In this document: in pieces, positions 21,078-30,432 of the stretch
Layout of the letters: each line of letters begins with the position of its first letter
Numbering within the stretch: the stretch's first letter is position 1
Assembly (NCBI GenBank): GCA_965208615.1
Contig: CBDBPB010000001.1
Coordinates: 385,429 to 449,428 of the forward strand
Source of the DNA: Spirochaetota bacterium
Lineage (GTDB): Bacteria; Spirochaetota; UBA6919; CBDBPB01
Direction of reading: 5' to 3'
Length of the DNA: 64,000 bases
The notes under the pieces: model-generated
Databases searched by the model: none
Seen by the model: only the letters and a program-made list of their open reading frames with translations
Told to the model about the DNA's origin: nothing
Made by a program: the position numbers and the translations under genes

Positions 21078-22352
21078 ACCTACCAGCCCTAACTCAAAGT
21101 ATAGACGTACATATTTATCCCCATTGTCAACAACCTAAACTTGATAACATACCTGTTATCCTTGAGTTACAAACGTTATAAATAGCCCCGCTTTCCTACT
21201 TTTTAAAACTACCAGCAATGTTTTTCTTAAAAATCATCGTATTATCTAAAACCCGCCTGCTGTTAACTCCAGCTTTTAGATAAAGAATTATTATAACACA
21301 ATTCCTAAATAGATTTTATCTGTATTTTACTAAGTTTTAAATAGATAAGTTAGCTTAGAATACTTTTGGTTTACACTAATAGAACAATTAGTAACACCTA
21401 CCAGCCCTAACTCAAAGTATAGACGTACATATTTATCCCCATTGTCAACAACCTAAACTTGATAACATACCTGTTATCCTTGAGTTACAAACGTTATAAA
21501 TAGCCCCGCTTTCCTACTTTTTAAAACTACCAGCAATGTTTTTCTTAAAAATCATCGTATTATCTAAAACCCGCCTGCTGTTAACTCCAGCTTTTAGATA
21601 AAGAATTATTATAACACAATTCCTAAATAGATTTTATCTGTATTTTACTAAGTTTTAAATAGATAAGTTAGCTTAGAATACTTTTGGTTTACACTAATAG
21701 AACAATTAGTAACACCTACCAGCCCTAACTCAAAGTCTAGACCTACATATTTATCCCCATTGTCAACAACCTAAACTTGATAACATACCTGTTATCCTTG
21801 AGTTACAAACGTTATAAATAGCCCCGCTTTCCTACTTTTTAAAACTACCAGCAATGTTTTTCTTAAAAATCATCGTATTATCTAAAACCCGCCTGCTGTT
21901 AACTCCAGCTTTTAGATAAAGAATTATTATAACACAATTCCTAAATAGATTTTATCTGTATTTTACTAAGTTTTAAATAGATAAGTTAGCTTAGAATACT
22001 TTTGGTTTACACTAATAGAACAATTAGTAACACCTACCAGCCCTAACTCAAAGTCTAGACCTACATATTTATCCCCATTGTCAACAACCTAAACTTGATA
22101 ACATACCTGTTATCCTTGAGTTACAAACGTTATAAATAGCCCCGCTTTCCTACTTTTTAAAACTACCAGCAATGTTTTTCTTAAAAATCATCGTATTATC
22201 TAAAACCCGCCTGCTGTTAACTCCAGCTTTTAGATAAAGAATTATTATAACACAATTCCTAAATAGATTTTATCTGTATTTTACTAAGTTTTAAATAGAT
22301 AAGTTAGCTTAGAATACTTTTGGTTTACACTAATAGAACAATTAGTAACACC
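21078..22352. repeat. Head-to-tail tandem array of 4 x 318-bp non-coding units
   Basis: Units start at 21078, 21396, 21714 and 22032, with a trailing ACC. Copies are identical except GTATAGACGTAC (copies 1 and 2) versus GTCTAGACCTAC (copies 3 and 4). No ORF of 60 aa or more. Confidence 0.98.
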
Positions 22353-22372
22353 GTCTAAAGAAAAATAGTAGT

Positions 22373-24539
22373 TTAATAATTCATATTAATAACAGTTATC
22401 TGTCCACTATCCGTAGATACAGCTATACGCTTTGCAGTCTTATCCATAGCTAAACCTAAAGGATTATACTTATGCCTAATAATAACCCTATGCTCTTTAG
22501 TAAGTAGATCCCAAAAGATAGTCTGCTTATCCCGTCCAGAACTTATAACAAATCTAGCATTATTATCAATAGCAATAGATGATATAAAACCATTATGAGC
22601 ATCCATCTTATATAACTTACCACTTTTTAGTGAATAAGCAATAACATTCCAATCATGTCCAGCAGATACTATCCACTTAGCATTAGGGCTTATAGATAAA
22701 CTACTTACAGTATCCGTATGGGAATATAGTATTTTTGTCTTATCAGTATTAATATCCCATAGTATAACCTTATTATCATGTCCTGCACTGACAATAAACT
22801 TTTCATCATTACTAATAACAGCTTTAACAACCCTATCACTGTGTTTAGTCATCTTTCTAAAAACCTTATTCTTTAAGTTCCAGTATATAACACTGTTATC
22901 AGTAGCACTGCTTAGCAAATACTTACCACTAGAGCTAAAGCTAAGACTAGTTATTCGTCCACTATGCCCCGATAAAGCCTTATGTTTTACAGCTTTTATC
23001 CTACCGTTTTTTAAATATGCTATTTTCCAAATATATATAATCTTATCCTTTCCACCACTGGCTATATAACGACCATCAGTACTAAAAACTATATGACTAA
23101 TATAACCTTTATGCTTACCAATAGTCTGCATTCTATCACTATTTATATTCCATATATTAAGTGAATTATCTAGTCCACCACTGGCTATATACCTGCCGTA
23201 AGGACCGTAAATTACAGAAAGTATAGGTTTATTATGTCTGGTTATACTAATTGTATTATGCTTTTCTATATTAGATAGCTTTAACTGAGAACTGAGTCCA
23301 GAAGATGCTAAATACTTGCCACTAGGACTAAAAGACATACTAGTAACAGCACTACTATGAACTTTATACTTTCTAACATTAAATATAGGTTGTTTAATAG
23401 GCTTATCCATAGGCTTTTTAATAAAAGTTCCTTTAATCTTCCAAAGGGGTATCTTCTTTAACCTTAGCTTTTTTTGCCTAAGCCTAATCAGATAGCTTAT
23501 ATTACTCAAGTTTAATACCTTAACTATACCAGTCCTATCCCCTATGGATAACATATTACGTTTTATATCCAATGCCGTTATAGGATAATCGTTATTATAT
23601 AAAGGCACTACATTGTTATTTTCAATGTTCCATACTCTAATACAGCCATCCTTGCTAACCGATATAACCTTATTATCCCTGATAAATAAACCTATAACTA
23701 TACTAAAATGAGACATCATATATTTTAGTTTATTGGTATTTAAATCCCAAAGTATAACTTTATGATCCCATCCACCGCTAACAATATAGCGTCCATCTGG
23801 ACTAAAAATAAAAGAAGAAACTTGACTCGAATGTAGTTTCTTATTAACGTATTTATTGTTAATAGTGTTCCACAGTCTAACTGATCCATCATTCCTAGAG
23901 TTGGCTATCAACCTATTATTCGGACTAATATTAATATTACTAACAGCACTATCTATACCAGGTAATAATTTCATCTTTTTTGTTTGTATATCCCACATCC
24001 TAAGTCTATTATCCCATCCACCAGCCAGTAGTTTTTTTACTATCAGAGGTGAACTTAAGAGTGGTAATCCTATCATAATGCTGTAACAACAAATATACTT
24101 TATAAGGCTTAACCCTTATTAGTATTACTTTACGATCCTCACCACTGGATGCTATCCATTTTCCATCAGGACTAATGGCAAGACTACTAATTCCCAAAGA
24201 GTGATTAAAATATCTTTTAGAGTTATTATTCTTAAGATTCCATAATACTATGGCTCCATCTTGTCCGCCGCTAACTATTAGCTTATTATTATTGCTTATC
24301 TTAATATCTTTTATATAGCCATTATGCTTATCCATAGTATTTATGACTTTTTTAGTTTTTATATCAACTACTTTTATTAGTCCATCTTTATTAGCGGCTA
24401 TTAGCTTTTGTCCATCTGGAGTTATAACCACTTTGGATATGGATAAATTAAATACTTTATAGTCTTTTGTAGGCTTAGCACCATATATCTTTGTTGCAAA
24501 CAATATTAATAGTATTAAAGTAATATTTTGTATCTTCAA
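22373..24539 (-). pseudogene. Secreted WD40-repeat (double beta-propeller) protein split by a +1 frameshift in an A7 run
   Basis: ORFs 24009-24539 (signal peptide plus WD repeats) and 22373-24076 (WD repeats) join as ...FTSDSKK|LLAGGWD if one base is removed from the T7 at 24032-24038, giving ~721 aa. Confidence 0.8.
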
Positions 24540-24551
24540 TTTACGTTACCT

Positions 24552-25970
24552 TTATAGTTTTTCGCATACTGGCTTAGAGATAGATTCAACCGCTTTTATA
24601 AGCATACTTTTAAGCTCTATATCCTTGATTATATTAATATTTTTATCTATATGACTAATAGTTTCTAACAGGTCTTTTTTAACATAGTCCGATTGTATAA
24701 CGTAAATATCTTTATATTCGGATTGTTTAGCTTTTTCATATTTAGTCCATAGTTCTTCTTTAAGCTTTTCACCTGGTCTAAGCCCTATAATCTTTATATC
24801 AACATCTTTTTTAATATTAGAGTTATAAAGCTGAATAAGAAGTTTAGCCAATTCATATATTTGTATAGGCTCACCCATATTGAGTATAAATATTTCATTA
24901 GCTTTAGCCATGCCTCCAGCCTGTAGTACTAGCTGTGAGGCCTCTGGTATAGTCATAAAATACCTAACTACATCTTTATGGGTAACTGTAACTGGTCCGC
25001 CTCTTTGTATTTGCCTTCTGAATATAGGTAAAACACTCCCCCTACTCCCCAAAACGTTACCAAACCTAACTGAACAAAATATAGTATTACTATTTTGACT
25101 ATAATAGCTCATCATAAGTTCACATATACGTTTTGTTATACCCATTATATTCTTAGGGCGTACTGCTTTATCTGTGGATATTAAAACAAAACGTTCCACG
25201 TTAAACTCTTTGGATAACATTAATAGATTTTTACTACCCATAACGTTATTTATAAAGGCTTCTTTTATATTTACCTCCATAAAGTTTACATGCTTATGGG
25301 CTGCTGCATGGAATACAACATGAGGTTTATACTTTTTAAAGATGTCATATAACCTATTATAATTAGTTATATTGGCTATCACTGGGCTTATCTTTATATT
25401 TGGATAATAATATTTTACTTCGTCATATATTAGGTGTATGCTATTTTCTCCGCGTCCTAGGACTATTAATTCTTTAGGATTTAGTCCAGCTATAAGTTTT
25501 GATAATTCACTTCCTATTGATCCCCCTGCTCCGGTTATCAATACTCTTTTATGGCTAATGTACGGGGATATAATATTAACATCTATTTCTGTTTTAGGTC
25601 TGCCGAGGAGTTCTGGTATATCAACATCCCTAATGGGATAACTAATTTCAATATCCTGTTTTAGGATATTAAAATAACCCGGTACAATTTGTATTTGTAT
25701 ATCCTTTTTTATTAGTTTATTAAGGATGCTTTTAATAACCTTCCCTTCTGAACTGGGCATAGATATTATGGCTTTATTAATATTATATTTGTTTATAATA
25801 TCTATTAGTATGGAAGTACTACCAAATATAGGTTTTCCATTTAGCTTAAGGTTATGTTTATTTTCGTCATCATCTATATACCCCACTAGATTAGCGTTAT
25901 TACTTTTTATAATTTCTTGTCCTATTATGTTGCCACTTACTCCGGCACCAATAATTAATAGGTTAGTCAT
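24552..25970 (-). CDS. Nucleotide-sugar 4,6-dehydratase (CapD/PglF/WbpM family), no N-terminal TM domain
   Basis: TGAGGSIGSEL, HAAAHKHV, ISTDKAV, RFGNVLGSRGSV, GLRPGEKL. Confidence 0.92.
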   Translation of the reverse strand: MTNLLIIGAGVSGNIIGQEIIKSNNANLVGYIDDDENKHNLKLNGKPIFGSTSILIDIINKYNINKAIISMPSSEGKVIKSILNKLIKKDIQIQIVPGYFNILKQDIEISYPIRDVDIPELLGRPKTEIDVNIISPYISHKRVLITGAGGSIGSELSKLIAGLNPKELIVLGRGENSIHLIYDEVKYYYPNIKISPVIANITNYNRLYDIFKKYKPHVVFHAAAHKHVNFMEVNIKEAFINNVMGSKNLLMLSKEFNVERFVLISTDKAVRPKNIMGITKRICELMMSYYSQNSNTIFCSVRFGNVLGSRGSVLPIFRRQIQRGGPVTVTHKDVVRYFMTIPEASQLVLQAGGMAKANEIFILNMGEPIQIYELAKLLIQLYNSNIKKDVDIKIIGLRPGEKLKEELWTKYEKAKQSEYKDIYVIQSDYVKKDLLETISHIDKNINIIKDIELKSMLIKAVESISKPVCEKL

Positions 25971-26256
25971 GAGAATACCTTATAAGCATAAATTGTTTTT
26001 TTATGTTGCTAAAAGGATATACAAAAAGCGACAAAAAGTAAATAATAGACTTTTAACAGACTATGGAATAATCCTAAAGCATAATATACCTATTTTTAGG
26101 TAAACAAATTAAATTAGATTAGCTTTTTCTATAAAAGTAATTATTTTATAAAATAGTATTTTGAGAATATTAACAAAAACTTATTAATAAGCCTTGATTC
26201 ATAACAAAGCTTTTATATAATTTAATATTAAAAGGCTAATATTATTACGAAATATA

Positions 26257-27294
26257 GTGGATAAACTAAAAAATTACTATCATAAACCTATACTTGTTGA
26301 AGAACTATTAAACTTCCTTCCTGTACGTAAAAATACCGTTATAATCGATTGTACCACTGGTGAAGGAGGACATAGTAATATATTTGCTTCTAAATTAGAT
26401 GATATACTGCTTATAAGCCTTGATAGAGATAAAGAAGTCCTTGAGATCGCTAAAAAAAGACTTTATGTCCTAAATAAAAACATTATTATAAGACAGAGTA
26501 ACTTTTCTAAGCTAGATAATATATTGGATGAGCTTAATATTAATAAGGCAGATTTTATTTTTTATGATTTAGGCATCTCTATGTATCATTATAAAAAGGC
26601 TGATAGGGGTTTTAGCTTTGAAAATAGTAACTCCCTAGATATGAGATTGGATAAAGAAAAAGATTTAACCGCATATGATATAATTAATCATTTTGATCAA
26701 AAGGATATTAGCAATATTATATACTATTTAGGTGAAGAGAAAAAAGCAAATATAATAGCAAAAAGAATTATAAGTGAACGGAGTAAATCCAGTATTAAGA
26801 GTGCAAAAGAGCTTAATAATATTATCTGTTCTGTTACTAAGCATAATCACAGGATAAATCCGTCTACTAAAACATTCCAAGCTCTTCGTATTTACGTTAA
26901 TAATGAGTTTAGCCATATAGAATCCGGAGTTATACAGGCTATCCGACGGCTAAGCATTGGAGGACGTATTGCTATAATATCTTTTCACTCCCTTGAGGAT
27001 AGAATAATAAAGAATATTTTTAAGCACCTCTCATTAAGTTGTATTTGTAATGATGAGGTTTTAAGGTGTGAATGCAGAATTAAGCCTATTTTAAAAATCC
27101 TAACCAAAAGACCTATTACTCCGAATAATAAAGAGATATTTAATAATCCGTCGTCAAGGAGTGCCAAGCTAAGAGTGGCAGAAAAGCTTTATGAACCAGA
27201 ATATGAGTTATGGCAAAAAACAAAAAAAGTATATCAGAAAAGAAAAAAACTACTTTTCAATAAGAGTTATTTTATCAATACTACTAATAACTAG
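26257..27294 (+). CDS. rsmH: 16S rRNA m4C1402 methyltransferase
   Basis: HKPIL, DCTTGEGGHS, DLGIS, LDMR, FQALRI, SFHSLEDRI, SRSAKLR. Confidence 0.96.
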   Translation: MDKLKNYYHKPILVEELLNFLPVRKNTVIIDCTTGEGGHSNIFASKLDDILLISLDRDKEVLEIAKKRLYVLNKNIIIRQSNFSKLDNILDELNINKADFIFYDLGISMYHYKKADRGFSFENSNSLDMRLDKEKDLTAYDIINHFDQKDISNIIYYLGEEKKANIIAKRIISERSKSSIKSAKELNNIICSVTKHNHRINPSTKTFQALRIYVNNEFSHIESGVIQAIRRLSIGGRIAIISFHSLEDRIIKNIFKHLSLSCICNDEVLRCECRIKPILKILTKRPITPNNKEIFNNPSSRSAKLRVAEKLYEPEYELWQKTKKVYQKRKKLLFNKSYFINTTNN

Positions 27295-27559
27295 TTTGGT
27301 ATCTTTTATGGTATGGCAAAATATTAAGGGTATTGAGCTTAATAAAACCCTAAAAGACCTCGAAAAGGAACATTTAAAACTACAAAAAGATTATCAAAAC
27401 AGCCTATTAGAGTACGAACAAAATAGAAATGAAAAAAGAATAAAAAAATTGGGAATAATCAAACTTAAAATGATTGAAACAAAAAAAGAAGATTTTATAT
27501 ATCTGGGAGTTAAAAATAAGGAAGAGTTAGCAAAAAGATTTATTAATAAAAAACAATAA
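27191..27559 (+). CDS. ftsL: Cell division protein FtsL-like
   Basis: Basic N-terminus, one TM helix and a coiled coil, directly after rsmH. Start uncertain (27191 or 27203). Confidence 0.72.
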   Translation: MNQNMSYGKKQKKYIRKEKNYFSIRVILSILLITSLVSFMVWQNIKGIELNKTLKDLEKEHLKLQKDYQNSLLEYEQNRNEKRIKKLGIIKLKMIETKKEDFIYLGVKNKEELAKRFINKKQ

Positions 27560-27560
27560 C

Positions 27561-29048
27561 ATGAAAAAAACGCTAAAACTAATTCTAAATAAGATAAACA
27601 TTAATCATACAATAAATAAGGATATAGATATCCTTGGAATAGAGAATGACTCAAGAAAAGTAAAACCAGGCTATATCTACGTAGCAATAGTTGGATATAA
27701 AACTGATGGACATAAATATATTCAATCCGCTATACAAAATGGAGCTGTTTGTGTATTTGTTGAAAAGAATTATAACTCCACAAAAGAATATAAGATACCT
27801 ATAATACCCTATAACAATACTAGAAAGGCTTTAGCTTATCTGGCAAAGATATTTTATGATAATCCGAGTAAAAATATTAAACTAATAGGTGTTACTGGTA
27901 CAAATGGTAAAACATCCATTACCTATATGCTAAAGTATATACTGGAAAGCAAAGGTGAAAAAGTCGGATTAATAGGTACTATCTGTAACTACATAGGAAA
28001 TAAACAGATAAATAGTTCAGTAACTACTCCTGATTCATTAGAGTTAAATCGTCTTTTTAGTCTAATGGTTATGGATAACGTTAGTTATGTGGTAATGGAG
28101 GTGTCATCCCATGCACTACTCTTAGATAGAGCTTTTGGACTTAATTTTAATTCTATTATTTTTACCAATATAACTGAAGATCACCTTGACTTTCATAACA
28201 CTATGGAAGAGTATCTAAAGGTTAAAGAAAGTGCTTTTGACTTGCTTAGCCAAAGTAAAAAGTCTAATAAACTAGCTGTTATAAATAATGATCTATTGGT
28301 TAGTCAAAGGCTTATACAAAAAGTTAACGGTTTAGGCTTAAGCTATATAACTTATGGTATAGACAATAAATCTGATTATATGGCTAGTAATATTAAATTT
28401 ACTCTATTTAATAGTTATTTTAAAATAGAGAATGCCTCAAAGGATTTTAATATTAATATTACTCTTCCTGGTAAGTTTAACATATATAATACTCTTGCAT
28501 CCTTTGCAGTAGCAAGCTATTTTGATATTGATGATAAAAATATATCTTTAGGCCTTAATAGAGTATTAATACCGGGTCGATTTCAGCTTATAAAAACGCC
28601 AATAAATTCTTTTGTTATAATCGATTATGCACATACCGATGATGCTCTTAAAAACGTTTTAACTACTATTGTAGAGCTTAATCCTAAAAGGATAATATCT
28701 GTATTTGGTGCTGGTGGAGACAGGGATAAAGATAAGCGTTATTTTATGGGATTAGTTGCAGGAGAATTAAGTAATTTATCCATTATAACCAGTGATAACC
28801 CCCGTACTGAAGATCCACACAATATATTAAATGACATTATTGTTGGTATCAATAAGGCTAATGGTTCTTATATAAAAATTGTTGATAGGTATAATGCAAT
28901 TAAAAAGGCTATTACCTTATCAAAAAGTGGAGATATTGTTCTAATTGCTGGTAAGGGACATGAAAACTACCAAATATTTAAGGATAAGACCATCCACTTT
29001 GACGATAAAGAAGTCTCAGAAAAAGTTATAAAGGATATATATGGATAA
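27561..29048 (+). CDS. murE: UDP-MurNAc-tripeptide synthetase (meso-DAP type)
   Basis: GVTGTNGKTS, MEVSSH, DHLDFH, DYAHT, DNPR motif, AGKGHE. Confidence 0.96.
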   Translation: MKKTLKLILNKININHTINKDIDILGIENDSRKVKPGYIYVAIVGYKTDGHKYIQSAIQNGAVCVFVEKNYNSTKEYKIPIIPYNNTRKALAYLAKIFYDNPSKNIKLIGVTGTNGKTSITYMLKYILESKGEKVGLIGTICNYIGNKQINSSVTTPDSLELNRLFSLMVMDNVSYVVMEVSSHALLLDRAFGLNFNSIIFTNITEDHLDFHNTMEEYLKVKESAFDLLSQSKKSNKLAVINNDLLVSQRLIQKVNGLGLSYITYGIDNKSDYMASNIKFTLFNSYFKIENASKDFNINITLPGKFNIYNTLASFAVASYFDIDDKNISLGLNRVLIPGRFQLIKTPINSFVIIDYAHTDDALKNVLTTIVELNPKRIISVFGAGGDRDKDKRYFMGLVAGELSNLSIITSDNPRTEDPHNILNDIIVGINKANGSYIKIVDRYNAIKKAITLSKSGDIVLIAGKGHENYQIFKDKTIHFDDKEVSEKVIKDIYG

Positions 29049-30423
29049 ACTAACTATTAACAAGATTATTGAGTATTGTAAAGGTAAAGTTATTTGTCAG
29101 GGCGGTGATGAACAACTTATATATGACATATCCACTGATAGCAGGACTATTAAAAAAGGTGATTTATTTATTGCTCTTTGTGGGGATAGGTTTGATGGAC
29201 ATAACTATATTAACGAAGTATTAAATAAAGGTATAAAGGCTATTATTGTTTCAAACAATGCAAACATAGAAGAATACATAGGCTCAGCCAGTGGATGTTG
29301 GATTATTGGCGTAAATAATACTCTAGAGGCATATCAAAGAATTGCAAAGCATTATTTAGAGCAGTTTAGTAATATAGTAAAAATAGCCATCACCGGAAGT
29401 AATGGAAAAACTACTACTAAAGATATAATCAAGATTATTTTGTCTAAGCATTTTAGTGTATTAGCTAATGAAGGTAATTTTAACAATCAAGTTGGCGTAC
29501 CTAAAACAGTATTCACTGTTGAAAGCCATCATGACGCTGTTATCATTGAGATGGGAGCTGGTAAGAAGGGTGATATTGCAAAACTATCAGATATTATTTC
29601 TCCTGATATTGGGATTATTACTAGTATTGGCAAGGCTCATATTGAGTTTTTCGGCGAATTAGAGGGAATTGCTAAAGAAAAAAAGGAATTATTTAAAAGC
29701 TTCCATAATAACTCTACTGCTATTTTAGACAGAGAAGAACCACACTATTCATCTTTAATAAATGATATTAAAAATAAGTTAATTTCTTTTTCTTCTAAGG
29801 ATGATATGCCATTCTATTTAATCAAGGATCTTGGTTTAGATGGATATTTAATTAATTATAAAGGTACGGAATGTTCCTTTAGATTAGGGGGAAAGCATAA
29901 TTTAAAGAATCTAGCTTTTGCTATTTTGGCGGCTGAGACCTTAAACATACCATCCAATATAATAGCCGAGAATATTAATTATATTTTACCTGCTAAAATG
30001 CGATCAGAAGTTATAAAGGGTCAATACACCATAATAAAGGATTGTTATAATGCTAATCCGGATTCTATGAAGGCTGGATTAGATTATATTAGTTCTTTAA
30101 ATATTCCTGGTAAAAAGATTACTGTTTTGGGAGATATGCTGGAACTGGGATACCAAAGTAAACTGCTCCATGAAGAAATTGGTAATTATTTTACTAGTCT
30201 TAATATTGATTATTTATTAACTCTAGGCACCCTTGCTAAAAGGATTGCTGATACCGTAAAAAAGAGTGATTATTTAAAGGATAAAGCCTTTTCTTTCCAG
30301 GCAAAGGATGAATTATTTAATAAGTTAAAAAAGATTGCTAAAAAGGATGATTTAATTTATTTTAAGGCCTCTAGAATAATGGAGCTTGAAAAAGTTATTA
30401 CTAAATTAGAAAACATTGATTAA
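29041..30423 (+). CDS. murF: UDP-MurNAc-tripeptide--D-Ala-D-Ala ligase
   Basis: TGSNGKTTTK, NFNNQVG, DCYNANPDS, LGDMLELG. Confidence 0.96.
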   Translation: MDKLTINKIIEYCKGKVICQGGDEQLIYDISTDSRTIKKGDLFIALCGDRFDGHNYINEVLNKGIKAIIVSNNANIEEYIGSASGCWIIGVNNTLEAYQRIAKHYLEQFSNIVKIAITGSNGKTTTKDIIKIILSKHFSVLANEGNFNNQVGVPKTVFTVESHHDAVIIEMGAGKKGDIAKLSDIISPDIGIITSIGKAHIEFFGELEGIAKEKKELFKSFHNNSTAILDREEPHYSSLINDIKNKLISFSSKDDMPFYLIKDLGLDGYLINYKGTECSFRLGGKHNLKNLAFAILAAETLNIPSNIIAENINYILPAKMRSEVIKGQYTIIKDCYNANPDSMKAGLDYISSLNIPGKKITVLGDMLELGYQSKLLHEEIGNYFTSLNIDYLLTLGTLAKRIADTVKKSDYLKDKAFSFQAKDELFNKLKKIAKKDDLIYFKASRIMELEKVITKLENID

Positions 30424-30432
30424 GGATATAAT

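Noticed and set aside
21218-21283. 21-aa ORF MFFLKIIVLSKTRLLLTPAFR in each unit as a type I toxin (Ldr/Ibs-like repeat)
   Set aside because: No Shine-Dalgarno upstream and the hydrophobic stretch is broken by K/R. Not supportable without ribosome profiling, though not excluded.
21078-21395. CsrB-like sponge RNA (several GGA per unit on the minus strand)
   Set aside because: Only one ANGGA per unit, and the GGAs are mostly not in hairpin loops.
21078-22352. CRISPR array or insertion sequence
   Set aside because: Units are 318 bp and contiguous with no unique spacers; no cas, transposase or terminal inverted repeats.
21078-22352. Repeat-protein coding region (318 is divisible by 3)
   Set aside because: All six frames of the unit contain stop codons, and the ORF track shows nothing of 60 aa or more.
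24030-24040. Programmed -1 ribosomal frameshift at A_AAA_AAC
   Set aside because: Joining the two WD40 ORFs needs a +1 shift, not -1.
25726-26103. 125-aa plus-strand ORF and the many other short antisense ORFs in the track
   Set aside because: They are shadows of well-supported genes on the opposite strand or in another frame, with no motifs or SD.
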